From: a virus
Length of the DNA: 64,000 nucleotides
Virus record (IMG/VR): IMGVR_UViG_3300018080_000154
Coordinates: 18,954 to 82,953 of that record
Direction: 5' to 3' (one strand)
Made by a program: the position numbers and the translations under genes. Positions 18,526-28,793 of the stretch are shown piece after piece (position 1 is the stretch's first letter; each line of letters starts with the position of its first letter). Under the pieces are notes generated by a model. That model made no database searches. It was given only the letters and a program-made list of their open reading frames with translations, and was not told the DNA's origin.

Positions 18526-20630
18526 ACTCCAAATAAACGTTCAAGTTCTGCAAGTTTTTCTGGTGCAACCCGCATTAGTCTTTCTTTATTCTTCCAATAG
18601 AACTTCATAACCTCTGCAAAATCTTCGCATGGATCGGTCTCGGCATACCAGGTAATGTATCCGAATCGTCTATTACCCCAGACGTGTGCCATTTTTCTAT
18701 CGACCATGTACCATGGTCCTTGAAGACTCATGATAGTGAAACGACCGGTTACCTTGGGACCACCGTTTCGTATGTAATGATCAAAGGCATGACCAAGCTC
18801 ATGGACCAACGTGTCCCAACCTGTACTTCTAAGATTTCTAACAGATAAAAGTCTATCGTGTGTAAAGTTTTGAGAATAAAAACCTAACACATTTTTATTT
18901 CTTCTATAATATTTTTCAGCGTATTTGAACTTACCACCAAGATCTAAAAGATTTACGGAATCTGACATCATGATTTTTGAAAGACGTTTGTCTAATGCTA
19001 CCTGCATCATCCAATCTTTAGCACGGCGTATGTTATCACCACTTGAATCGTCCAGATAAAGACGTACGTTGTATCTTTTGTTTACGAGTTTTTTGAAATC
19101 ACTGGCCGACGTGGCTTCATTTATCATCTTTGCAAATGCTTCGGCTTCTTTTTGTGATGTAAATGGAACGCCACGTGGTAAATCATCATATCTTGTCGGT
19201 ATTGTTTCATCTGGTTTCGTAGTTGCTCGAGGTTTTCTAGGTTTCTTTACAGGTTTTGGTCTAGGTACATCGACCGGTTGTACCGGTATTGTTGTGCCGC
19301 CTGGTGGTTTTGGAATTGGTGGCGCAACAATTGGTGGTTCAGGTTCAACAACAGATCCAAGACGATTTGCTTTTTTCTTAAATATGTGAACCTGAGTGGT
19401 TTTAAATTTACCTTCAGATGTAGTGTAACCTACGACGTCGATATTTCCTTTTGAAGGAACAACGAAACGTTTCGTTACTGTAACTTCTTGATTTTTGAAA
19501 AGATATTTTTCACCAATTACAATATCGTCGGCGCTGTCTAGGGCTGCATTCATACCTTTCGGTAGAGTTTCATCTGGAATTACTTCAACACCACCAGGAC
19601 TTGAAGCAACAACCTCCACCGTCGTCTTACATCTAAAATGATATGGTGGTAAAGCAAGACCAGCGTCGGCCAAAGTCTTGCTTGTTTTGCTGTTCATTTT
19701 TTGTCCAGCACCTTTGATACCAAAACTAGAAAGATCTCGTTGCCAAGGTGCAACTTTCTTCAAAGCGTCTACATCTTTGGCGCCAAGAACAGCCTTCATT
19801 TGAGAAACGCCTTGGTCTATTCTAAAAACACGACCATTCATTTGAATGCACGTGTCGTTTACTGGAAGTGGGTTGAAAATTCTGTACTCAGTAAATCCAG
19901 CATCAACCATTGCCGTCAACGACGAGAAAGTTCTTGCTCTATTCATTGAAGTACTAGCAAGACCTTTAAAATAACTTGCACTGCTTCCCGTGTAACCAGA
20001 AGGAACTATTTTCTGATCAATTACTTTCTTTGAAAGACCAAGACGACCAGACAATCTATCTCTAAGCGCCTTGCCAGCATTTGTCATATTCTTGCCTTCT
20101 TTATATGTATTGGCAAGAATTTGTGACACCTCTTTCGAAAGATTTCCTTTGTAGAAAGCATTCGCTGCAATCTTGTTCTGGTCTTTTAATATCTTGATTG
20201 TTTTTTTATCAGCATCTGTAAATGCTGGAATGATTTCTACGTTAGATTTTTTCTTTGCTTTTTCTATGGGTCGTACCATTTGACGGTTGACAAAATCTGC
20301 TTTATTAAGACGATACATCAAAGAAATATCTCGCTCAATATCTTTGTCAAGCGGCTCGGCAAAGTCAATAAAAAGACTATCGCACAACCTCGCCACAGAG
20401 TCGTAGTCATTTTTGGTGGGTTGTTTATCACCCGTGAAGGTTTTAGCGATCTGTGCGTCAAGTCTAGCGAGGTTCTTCTTCCATTCAACGGCCAACGTAC
20501 GAGTCAGTGAATTCTCACGTTTCTCGGCGACACGTTCAATGTTTCCCGTAGCCTTGTAGATGGCAAATTCTAGACCATGTACAAGGTCGGTAAGTTTACT
20601 AATCGACTTCGTCATCCTTGTCTTCACCAA
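18513..20630 (-). CDS. MuF (SPP1 gp7-like) head morphogenesis protein with C-terminal zincin metallopeptidase
   Basis: C..MNG and PPYHFRCKT MuF motifs; Pro/Lys linker; VHELGHAFD and YAETDPCEDFAE. Confidence 0.88.
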   Translation of the reverse strand: MVKTRMTKSISKLTDLVHGLEFAIYKATGNIERVAEKRENSLTRTLAVEWKKNLARLDAQIAKTFTGDKQPTKNDYDSVARLCDSLFIDFAEPLDKDIERDISLMYRLNKADFVNRQMVRPIEKAKKKSNVEIIPAFTDADKKTIKILKDQNKIAANAFYKGNLSKEVSQILANTYKEGKNMTNAGKALRDRLSGRLGLSKKVIDQKIVPSGYTGSSASYFKGLASTSMNRARTFSSLTAMVDAGFTEYRIFNPLPVNDTCIQMNGRVFRIDQGVSQMKAVLGAKDVDALKKVAPWQRDLSSFGIKGAGQKMNSKTSKTLADAGLALPPYHFRCKTTVEVVASSPGGVEVIPDETLPKGMNAALDSADDIVIGEKYLFKNQEVTVTKRFVVPSKGNIDVVGYTTSEGKFKTTQVHIFKKKANRLGSVVEPEPPIVAPPIPKPPGGTTIPVQPVDVPRPKPVKKPRKPRATTKPDETIPTRYDDLPRGVPFTSQKEAEAFAKMINEATSASDFKKLVNKRYNVRLYLDDSSGDNIRRAKDWMMQVALDKRLSKIMMSDSVNLLDLGGKFKYAEKYYRRNKNVLGFYSQNFTHDRLLSVRNLRSTGWDTLVHELGHAFDHYIRNGGPKVTGRFTIMSLQGPWYMVDRKMAHVWGNRRFGYITWYAETDPCEDFAEVMKFYWKNKERLMRVAPEKLAELERLFGVWLD

Positions 20631-22269
20631 AAATATTTACGTCTAGATATTTTTCAATTACATCGCTAAAGTTTTCGATTCTTTGAATTCGTTTTTCCAC
20701 CTTATCGGGATTGGGAATTTGTCCTTGATTGGGTGCCTCTCCAGAAGTGTTCTTAACACGGTCGGCCATTGCAAGACTAAACGGTTCGTCTGGATTGAAT
20801 GTGATTTTCTTAGGATCGTAGGCCGGTATGTCGATATTTAAAATATCTCCAATGATCATTCTTGCAACGTTAGGTGTCATGCCGCCAGATTTTTCTGTTC
20901 CACCTAGAACTTTCACCAGATCTTCATCATCTGTTACATTTGGAGAGTTTGATTTGAATTTCCAATATTTGATACCAAGATCTAGTATCAGTCTATTCAT
21001 TTGGAAGTCAAACATTGCTCTTTCAGGTGAGAAAACCTGTTCATCAGCAAGACGACGTGAAGACTCTGCCGTTGCTCTAGTATAGTCATCGGCACGACCA
21101 ACAAAAATTGGAGGAAGACGAAAACATCTTCTAATTTTATCGGCATTGTTCTTGTCGTATTCTTGAAAAAGCTGGTCATTGTTCTGTGCCTTGGTAAGAT
21201 CTTCCAACTCAATTTTCATTGGACCATTTGAGTCGTTGTCTTCCGTGAACGGTTCGGCCTCCAAAATAAGAAACGAACTTCTATTTTTGCTTCTCTTGAT
21301 ATGAGACTCTACAAACTCTTCGATGCGTTCAATTGTCCCATCAGTTAACTGGCCATTGTTAACGATAACCGCCATGGCCGGAATATTGTTGTTTTGAAAG
21401 GTGACAAAATTTATTTCTTCCGCCACACGACTTCCAAGAACCGAAAAAAGATTTCCAATGTATCGAGGCACACCATAAGAACTCGAACTGCTAAAAAGAC
21501 GAAACCTTAAAACCTCCGACGCACGAAATTTTGGATCCAGATTTTCATCTGCAATTTTACCAGTTCTAAGATCCATTATTCTTGGATCCCCGTACTCTTT
21601 GAACCAGACTTTTTTATTTGCACGAACCTGAACGAAACGAGTATATCGTTTCTTAAAGATCTTATTTTTTATTTGATAGTCTTTCGTGACGTATGGTATT
21701 TCGACGTCGGTTGTTTGTTTGTCCAAATTCGTGAGACGAACCGAATGACTTTCCATGTGATACATCGAATGAATGTCTTCGTTAGAGTCACGAAGAATTT
21801 CAATGTATCCGTTTCCTGTTGTTTCGATGTCTCGACGGACACGTTTTCTAAGTTCCGTAAGATCATAATCAGGATTAACGTTATTGAAAACAAGGTCAAG
21901 TTTTTCAAATTCTCGTTCAAGTTCGTCCTGTAACTTTTCTCTGTCTTCTTTTGGTACCCGTGGAACAAATCGTCCACCAAAACCTTCTATGTTTGTAACC
22001 ATTGCATCAACGCATTGACCAAGTTCCGTTGAGTTTTCAGGCATCTTGGTAAGCATTAAAAGATCGAACGGTGGACATTTAAGATCCTCAACGTTGCGAA
22101 ACATGTTTTCTTGTTCTACCTGATTTGACTCGGTAGATTTTTGTATGTATTTTTCAACTTGGCCCACAGTGATCGCACGTAGCGCTCGACGTTGACCGTC
22201 TCTATCATTTATGTTCACGACCTGCTGTGAGTTCGCGGTAGCTTTCCTACGAGGTTTGTTATCACTCAA
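20599..22269 (-). CDS. portal protein (PBSX family)
   Basis: TTGNGYIEI, YGVPRY, FRLPPIFVG..DYTRATA, MTPNVAR; follows terminase. Confidence 0.9.
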   Translation of the reverse strand: MSDNKPRRKATANSQQVVNINDRDGQRRALRAITVGQVEKYIQKSTESNQVEQENMFRNVEDLKCPPFDLLMLTKMPENSTELGQCVDAMVTNIEGFGGRFVPRVPKEDREKLQDELEREFEKLDLVFNNVNPDYDLTELRKRVRRDIETTGNGYIEILRDSNEDIHSMYHMESHSVRLTNLDKQTTDVEIPYVTKDYQIKNKIFKKRYTRFVQVRANKKVWFKEYGDPRIMDLRTGKIADENLDPKFRASEVLRFRLFSSSSSYGVPRYIGNLFSVLGSRVAEEINFVTFQNNNIPAMAVIVNNGQLTDGTIERIEEFVESHIKRSKNRSSFLILEAEPFTEDNDSNGPMKIELEDLTKAQNNDQLFQEYDKNNADKIRRCFRLPPIFVGRADDYTRATAESSRRLADEQVFSPERAMFDFQMNRLILDLGIKYWKFKSNSPNVTDDEDLVKVLGGTEKSGGMTPNVARMIIGDILNIDIPAYDPKKITFNPDEPFSLAMADRVKNTSGEAPNQGQIPNPDKVEKRIQRIENFSDVIEKYLDVNIFGEDKDDEVD

Positions 22270-22339
22270 ATTTCACAACCTTTCGAAGCTGTATTAATGA
22301 TTAGACTGAATTTAATACATTTTTCTGTAATGTTAAACA

Positions 22340-23884
22340 TCAAATTAAACCTGGCTCTCGGCGACGGCGACGTCGACGTTTCGAGCGGCTGACTTTGTAA
22401 GCAAGATTTATTGAGTCGAAAACGTCTAGACTCTCCTTAGACGGAAAAGTTGCAAGTAAATCTCTAACCCATTCGGTTGTGGTAAGAACATGCCAGCGAC
22501 CGTCTTCAAAAGATGGTTGAAGTTTCATGGCCTCTGTGATTTTGTCCTTATCGGTATAGAGAAGTTTAACCCTTACGTCCTCGTCGAGTTCCTTTACTTC
22601 CTGTTCTTTAATTGCCTGAAATGCGTTACCTTCGATAGCCACTTTTATCGGATCCCAATCGTTATGCTGATTGACGATAATCTCCGTCTGTCGTTTTGCG
22701 GTCGGTTTACTTCTTATTGCATCTACAATATAGAAATGCTTTGGTTTAGTCTGAGTTTCTACTATCGTGGAATGCGCAAAGAAGGCTGACGATTCTGATT
22801 TACTTACCTGAAGGTCAACCCCTTGCCAAATACGAATATTTTTTCTTGGGTAATCGGTCTCGATACTTATCCAATTGGGGTTAAAGTATTCACCGATTTC
22901 ACGATCGATTTCCATTTGCATCTGAGTGTACCAATGGATTCCAAGCTCTCGTTTCTTTGCCAAAAGTTCCTTGGTTGGGTAATGACTTGGCCAGTAGGAA
23001 AGAGCACCTTCTGGATTGTCTTCCGTTACCAGTTCTTCATGATACGTTAACGCTGGAACTCGAAGAATGTGTTCTTTGTATTCATGTTTTTTAGACAAAC
23101 GCCGGTAAATATCGTCCCAATGATAGTATGTACCGATAAACCAAATGATCACGTCTTTCTCAACGGCGTTATACAATGTTTTATGTACCCAGGTGTCGGC
23201 AAGGTCACGTTGATGTTGTGTTCTAGAATTTTCTTCATCAACAAGGTCGTCCACAATTATTTTTGTAAAGTGTTTAGACGTAAGACCACCACCGCAACCA
23301 ATACATGTCACAGTCGACTCGTTAGCTTTGCAGGTTCTTGCCGCTACGTTTATCTCACGGGTGTCCCATTTGGCCCCTCTTTGTTGTCCAAATATTGCTA
23401 CCAAAAACGGGTCTTCAAGATGTGCCTTGATTACTCTAAGAAATGCTTCGGCCTGTAACTGTGTGTCGGATGTTATAAGAATTCTTTCGTTCGGGTCCTG
23501 TAAGATCCAACAAACTATTTGACTATAGTTTAGAATGTGAGTTTTTCCAGATCCCCTGGGCGCCAGAAGAATTCCACGACGTCGCGGTCCATCGGGATGT
23601 CCCGGTCGATTGAAAAACTTCCACATCCTGTCGTGATGGTCTGCAATCTCATAACCAAGAACGTAGTTGGCAAGAATGTCGACTCGGTTTTCTTCTAAAA
23701 CTTTACGACGTATCATTTCTTTAAGCGCCGAGAAGTTTTGTGCGTACAATTGCTCGATGTATTTACGGGGGATAAAACCACGACGACGTTGACCATTGTT
23801 CTTGACCATTCCTAATACGTCTTCTTCTTCAAGACGGTCGTCTTCATAATCCTTAGTCTGTTTTTTCACCTTTAGTTTTATCAT
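22340..23884 (-). CDS. terL: terminase large subunit
   Basis: Walker A LAPRGSGKT, Walker B IIVDD, nuclease GVD, IE.NAFQ, DVFDS. Confidence 0.93.
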   Translation of the reverse strand: MIKLKVKKQTKDYEDDRLEEEDVLGMVKNNGQRRRGFIPRKYIEQLYAQNFSALKEMIRRKVLEENRVDILANYVLGYEIADHHDRMWKFFNRPGHPDGPRRRGILLAPRGSGKTHILNYSQIVCWILQDPNERILITSDTQLQAEAFLRVIKAHLEDPFLVAIFGQQRGAKWDTREINVAARTCKANESTVTCIGCGGGLTSKHFTKIIVDDLVDEENSRTQHQRDLADTWVHKTLYNAVEKDVIIWFIGTYYHWDDIYRRLSKKHEYKEHILRVPALTYHEELVTEDNPEGALSYWPSHYPTKELLAKKRELGIHWYTQMQMEIDREIGEYFNPNWISIETDYPRKNIRIWQGVDLQVSKSESSAFFAHSTIVETQTKPKHFYIVDAIRSKPTAKRQTEIIVNQHNDWDPIKVAIEGNAFQAIKEQEVKELDEDVRVKLLYTDKDKITEAMKLQPSFEDGRWHVLTTTEWVRDLLATFPSKESLDVFDSINLAYKVSRSKRRRRRRREPGLI

Positions 23885-24099
23885 CAGTTAAGAAATTGTC
23901 CTTTCGGCGAGGAGGTGTTTTGTAGAAGTTCAATGTCGTGGTCGTTGTAAATCTTTGTCTCGTCCAAATAAAGTGCGTCATACTTTTCTACCAAGGCAAG
24001 TAAGGCGGTGATTGCTTCGTCTTCTTCTAGTGGAACAAAAATCAATGTCACTTCTTGAAGATCTGGACGACGACGATGTAGACAAAGATACTCTTTCAT
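23884..24099 (-). CDS. hypothetical protein
   Basis: 71 aa, coupled to both neighbours. Confidence 0.55.
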   Translation of the reverse strand: MKEYLCLHRRRPDLQEVTLIFVPLEEDEAITALLALVEKYDALYLDETKIYNDHDIELLQNTSSPKGQFLN

Positions 24100-24446
24100 T
24101 GTTTTTGATTGTCCTCTAATTGTGACGAGAGGTCGTCCGACGCAGTTCCAATTGTTGGAGACCCCTCGTCACGTGAGTCGTTTTTTGAAGAACGACCTTG
24201 GTACTTCTCGATGGCGTCGACCATTTCTTTCTCAATCTTTCGGACAAAAGCCGCATGACGCCGATATGTTTTATTTGCATGTGTCTCGGACAATATGATA
24301 AACACGCCAAGAATTGGATACATCACAAACAACCAACGTTGTCCTTGTGTCAATTCATAAATACCAATCAATATGAAAAACACCGTCAGTCCCCACGTCG
24401 ACCAACCAACGGTTTTAAGGTCTTGTAGTTCTGCTATTTTTCTCAC
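24096..24446 (-). CDS. small membrane protein (2 predicted TM segments)
   Basis: Two hydrophobic segments; AGGAG SD. Confidence 0.6.
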   Translation of the reverse strand: MRKIAELQDLKTVGWSTWGLTVFFILIGIYELTQGQRWLFVMYPILGVFIILSETHANKTYRRHAAFVRKIEKEMVDAIEKYQGRSSKNDSRDEGSPTIGTASDDLSSQLEDNQKQ

Positions 24447-24457
24447 TTGGTTTCTCC

Positions 24458-25240
24458 TTATTCGTTTGACACAACTCGTAGAGCTTTTTTGATTTTACCG
24501 ACCGAGGTAAGTTCTCCGGCGGCTACGCGATTTACAAGATCCTGTTGACGTTGAACCAAACTAAGCATTTGATCGTTACTGAGCTCGGCAAGATCTACTT
24601 CGCCAATAACTTTTAGTTCTTCTGGTTTTTTCTCCATGAAACCCATTTCCTGTGCCTTGGCGGCAATGTCGCGCAGGATTTCAAACTTAACTTTAAGGGC
24701 ATTGGCAAGGGCGTTGGAGTTTGTTCCGGATTTGAATTTCTCGATCAAGACGTCGAGGTCTTTTATCACCTCCATTTGATTATGTCTGTACTGGACAAAC
24801 TGTTCTTCGGCGGTGGATTTTCTAAGACTTTCTATTTCTTCCTTATATAGGGCTCGTTTGTAGTTGTGGAGTTCGTTTCCGGTAAGATCCAGCTCTAAAC
24901 AAATCTCCGAGTCCGTGTAGGTATACGCCAACATCTTTTTTATCACAATCTTTCTTGCTTTGTGAAGACTTAGCTTCGCCTTCTTGACCAAGGGGGCCTC
25001 TACGCGAAGACCACGAGTCAAATTGTCTAGAACATAAATATGCTCGTCGTCCAACCATCGACCTACACTTTCCGGCACAAAGACCGAGTCGGAAAACGTC
25101 TTCGCCATTTTCTGGTCTTTTATCTTTAGACGACGACCGTAAATTGATTTTCTAAGCTCTGCAGATCTATTTTTGTTGTCCGTCTTACTTTTACGAGCAT
25201 CGGTCTTAGGTTTGACCACCAGTCTTTTCTTCTCACCCAT
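24458..25240 (-). CDS. putative terminase small subunit
   Basis: HTH-like YTDSEICLELDL and helical C-terminus with DLAELSNDQM; upstream of terL. Confidence 0.55.
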   Translation of the reverse strand: MGEKKRLVVKPKTDARKSKTDNKNRSAELRKSIYGRRLKIKDQKMAKTFSDSVFVPESVGRWLDDEHIYVLDNLTRGLRVEAPLVKKAKLSLHKARKIVIKKMLAYTYTDSEICLELDLTGNELHNYKRALYKEEIESLRKSTAEEQFVQYRHNQMEVIKDLDVLIEKFKSGTNSNALANALKVKFEILRDIAAKAQEMGFMEKKPEELKVIGEVDLAELSNDQMLSLVQRQQDLVNRVAAGELTSVGKIKKALRVVSNE

Positions 25241-25243
25241 GAT

Positions 25244-26131
25244 TTACTTCCTACCAATATGACTAAAAGTTGTTCTTGTTACTGGACGGTGTATGTATCT
25301 ATCCAAACGGTCACGTCTTAACAACGTGGTGCATTTACCTACGTCTTGTGTGTATTGACTTCTACAGGTTGACGGCATGATTAAGCTTACGGACGACGTG
25401 TTTAAGTTTCCCCGTCTTTGGTTCGACTTCTTACGACGTCGACTTGTTAACAACGAGATCTTCGACTTTTCAGAAAAACGTCTAGACAAAAGTGGGCCTA
25501 GGAACGTACCCCCTAGAAAGAGACCGCACAGTTTTTTTGACACCCGGGGGCCCTTGACAAGATTTTTGCTCCCAACATAAGTCTTGTTGTGTCGTGACCT
25601 GTCAAGTGTGTCGATAGGCTTTACTAATGTTATCGGCCAAACGGATCCGTTCAAAAAACCCCCTTGTTTTCCTACCCTTGAAACGGTATAGTCTTCGGCC
25701 AAAAAGTATCGGTCAGTGTTGTTCAATAAACACTTGTTTTTTGAACGGTGTTTATCCTCTACTACCCCTTGCATATCCCCACTATTCTCACACAGGTTCT
25801 CCTTTTCTCGAGATTCTTTTCTCCAGATCTTGTCGACGGTCGTTTCGTATGGATCGACGCGTAGCGCCTCTACCCTGCTTATGACTTTAAAAGACGTCGT
25901 AAAAACTAGATCTAGTGTCGAAGCATGTCGGCGTACTTCGTGGCGTCGTAGGGTCTTAGTTTTGATTTGTGGTTGTTTGCCTATGCCAAATGGTGTGTGA
26001 TTGATGTGGGGACGTAGTCTGTCGTAGTATAGCGTATGCTTTAGCTGTGTGTGGTTGTATATGTATTCCTTAGTAGTTGTATCTGTTTTCCTATATGTTT
26101 TGGTATGGTTTTTCACTACTGTTTTTCTCAT
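25244..26131 (-). CDS. atypical R/K/T/S-rich ORF of uncertain coding status
   Basis: 295-aa open frame packed against next gene, but unusual composition and palindrome-dense DNA. Confidence 0.3.
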   Translation of the reverse strand: MRKTVVKNHTKTYRKTDTTTKEYIYNHTQLKHTLYYDRLRPHINHTPFGIGKQPQIKTKTLRRHEVRRHASTLDLVFTTSFKVISRVEALRVDPYETTVDKIWRKESREKENLCENSGDMQGVVEDKHRSKNKCLLNNTDRYFLAEDYTVSRVGKQGGFLNGSVWPITLVKPIDTLDRSRHNKTYVGSKNLVKGPRVSKKLCGLFLGGTFLGPLLSRRFSEKSKISLLTSRRRKKSNQRRGNLNTSSVSLIMPSTCRSQYTQDVGKCTTLLRRDRLDRYIHRPVTRTTFSHIGRK

Positions 26132-26510
26132 TTATGTTATGGTTTTTTCCTTTACACGGTAGATTTATCTTAACTTTATTTTCTTTTATTGTACACAGTC
26201 TCTTGGCGGTTCGGTTTACGGTGAGGGTTTGGCTCGCCGGTCTTAAGTCTTTTCTTTACGGCTCGGCTCGGTTTTAGTTTGTGGTTCGCTTAGTTGTAGT
26301 TGAAAATCGGATTTCAAAAATCTAAAACGTGTCTAGTGTCTAGATTTTGATTTTACGTTTTGTGTTTTATTGACTCCACTTGTATCCTGGTGTGGTTTTT
26401 TTATCTATAACTATCTTATTGGTCTCTCACGCCAGACGCGTCGTCCTTTACTTCCCCAACAATCACATTCTACCTCCGACTCCCAGCAACAATACTCTTG
26501 GTCTATTCTT

Positions 26511-26799
26511 TTACGAGGTTTTTGAATTACTTTTATCACAACGTGTTCTAGTAGATTCATTGTCGAGGTGTCTCCACATATGAGGTTGAAGTCTAAAATC
26601 AAAGGTCCCAGTTAAAGGACTCGACACAATAAGAAAAGCGTGACCGTTTGGTCCACGCCACCATTTGACGGATAGATTTTTAGACCATCTCCACCAAATA
26701 GCCCAACGCCAGGTTATTGATTTTGGATTATGCCACGAGACCAATACATAACCACTATTCTTGACGTTGGTTTTTTTTAAAAAACATTAGTCCATTCAT
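26511..26799 (-). pseudogene. Trp-rich small gene broken by a 1-nt frameshift in a T6A8 run
   Basis: ATG 26799 overlaps upstream TGA; removing one A joins MNGLMFFKK to TNVKNSGYVLVSWHNPKSITW. Confidence 0.5.
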
Positions 26800-27038
26800 C
26801 TTGGTATCTCTTTTTTTATTTTCTTTATCAGTCTTTCATAGGCTCGTGCAACTCGTGGGTTACCGTACCAATCCAAAGCCAGATCAAGTGCCAACGCTGC
26901 AACCTCACAACGGTTAAACGACTTCTCGGATCTACCGTACCAATAGATGATCTTTTTAGCATCTTCATCTCCTTCATCTGCTGACTTACCAATTTCTTTT
27001 CCGTATTTTTTAAGAAATGGTAGTTCAATGCTACTCAT
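26796..27038 (-). CDS. hypothetical protein
   Basis: AGGAG SD, ATGA overlap. Confidence 0.6.
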   Translation of the reverse strand: MSSIELPFLKKYGKEIGKSADEGDEDAKKIIYWYGRSEKSFNRCEVAALALDLALDWYGNPRVARAYERLIKKIKKEIPR

Positions 27039-27361
27039 CGAAGTCTCCTTCTATTACTTTTTTGAAGATGTTCATGTATTGCCTCTAATCCAATTTTAAT
27101 TGCAAGCTCTGGACCAAATCTAATAACGTTAGATTCTTTACCGTCCTTTTCTCGTATTACTAGACCGTTTCCCCGAAAAGCTTCACTAAGTCTGCGGTTT
27201 CTCCAATCTATAAGAACACGTTCGACTGCAATTCTTCCAACTTCAAGCAGTTCTTCATTTTTTGAAATTTCAATCAAATCCATTATTGCCCTCAACTCTT
27301 GTACAGAGAATGACTCATTATTCTTGAAACCGTGTAAACAGGTATCCAACAAAAATACCAT
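27035..27361 (-). CDS. hypothetical protein (true start probably MDLIEISK)
   Basis: ORF with internal GAGG-ATG. Confidence 0.5.
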   Translation of the reverse strand: MVFLLDTCLHGFKNNESFSVQELRAIMDLIEISKNEELLEVGRIAVERVLIDWRNRRLSEAFRGNGLVIREKDGKESNVIRFGPELAIKIGLEAIHEHLQKSNRRRLR

Positions 27362-27439
27362 TTCACTACTTTGCTGGTTTGAAAATACTCGGTAAGATGA
27401 TTTGTTTTCATTCTCTTTCTAATTAGATATTCTTGACTG

Positions 27440-28360
27440 CTAATAAGCATCAAAGTCTCCGTTTTTTCTCATTTTATCTGTGTTGTTAATTACTCGCCAT
27501 ATCTTTTTTTCAAGACGTTTCATGTGTTTTATTGTTTCCTTGGCAGGGTCTCCGGTTATTGTTTTGTAGTGCTTGATAAAAAAACTTAGACCATTAATAA
27601 CGTTGTCGACGTCACCATTGTCTAGATTTATCAAAAGATACGGAGTAGGGATTTCTCCACCACATGTTGTTGGCTCTTTATCCGACGACTTACAAACACC
27701 GCAACTGCATTTCTTTTTTGTCATAGGGTCTCCATTTCTGGTCTAAGAAAATTAATGACAGTTTTTAGCGGTATTTCCACGTCTACGTCAAACGGTTCCA
27801 CTTCTATCGACAATACATCGGGTTGGTAGGCTTTGTCGGTATACATTTCTTTTTTGTTGACAGATTTTCCAAGAACCGATAGCGTGACGCTATACACTTC
27901 ATCGTCAACTCCAATTGTTTTAATTATTTTTCTCATATTTTGCAAAGCTCCACGAATTGTTTCTTGGTTGTTCTTTCTCTTATTTTCTTTATCTGATTTA
28001 CACGGTGACGTAGACGCTCGGTAACGTAAACGTTAACTGCCAAGAGGTCGGTTGTGTTCCAATATTCGTTTACTTCATGTGTTGAGAAATAGATAAGTTC
28101 CTCGTCGATCATTAGTCTAAGATATTTTATCCGACCTACCGACTCTATTGCTTCTTCACGTCTTTGTTTCTCAGTTTTCACGAGTAACTCATCTCCATTA
28201 TGATGGCATCAATTGGTGTGTCTTGGTCGTCGTAGTATTCGCGCCAAGACTCTCTATCACTTGATATTGGGAAATCCATACCAGAGGCTTCGTCGTAAAG
28301 ATCTTGTAGCCATTTTTCAAAGGTAGGGTATCTATTTTCAAAACTATATTCTGTGCTCAT
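27440..28360 (-). CDS. run of four small coupled hypothetical ORFs (27440-27724, 27721-27945, 27933-28181, 28178-28360)
   Basis: Overlapping stop/start codons, consistent strand. Confidence 0.55.
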
Positions 28361-28433
28361 TATTTATCATCCCAGTAACTATGTATCAAATGAAACTTAA
28401 GAATTTTCATTAGCGTTTTATCAGTATCTTTTT

Positions 28434-28775
28434 TTAGTCGTTGTCAAGTTTCTCTCTCCACATCATTGCGTCTAATTCGCAAACAGGATTTGTTCTTCTA
28501 TAATTTCCAAGATGACCAACAAGAAGATGACAATTTATCCCGTATTTCTTATTTTCACACAACGATATTAGATTGTCAGGATTCAGTTCACGATCCGGTG
28601 CTAAATGAAAAGGAATTTTATGATGAACTTCTGGATTGTCAGATCCACAGATAAAACATTTTGGGTGTTTTTTAAGATGCTCTTTTCTCACCTTACGCCA
28701 TTGGCTTGATCTACGTGCACCTGGCGGTGCTTTATTCATAATCCTGTCTTTGATTATGTCGATAATGTTCATCAT
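28434..28775 (-). CDS. HNH endonuclease
   Basis: W..VR...CFICG..EVHHKIP...NLISLC...CH. Confidence 0.88.
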   Translation of the reverse strand: MMNIIDIIKDRIMNKAPPGARRSSQWRKVRKEHLKKHPKCFICGSDNPEVHHKIPFHLAPDRELNPDNLISLCENKKYGINCHLLVGHLGNYRRTNPVCELDAMMWREKLDND

Positions 28776-28793
28776 AGCGTCTAGCCTCTTTTC

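Noticed and set aside
24096-24446. Holin call for the 2-TM protein
   Set aside because: No adjacent endolysin; hydrophobicity alone is insufficient
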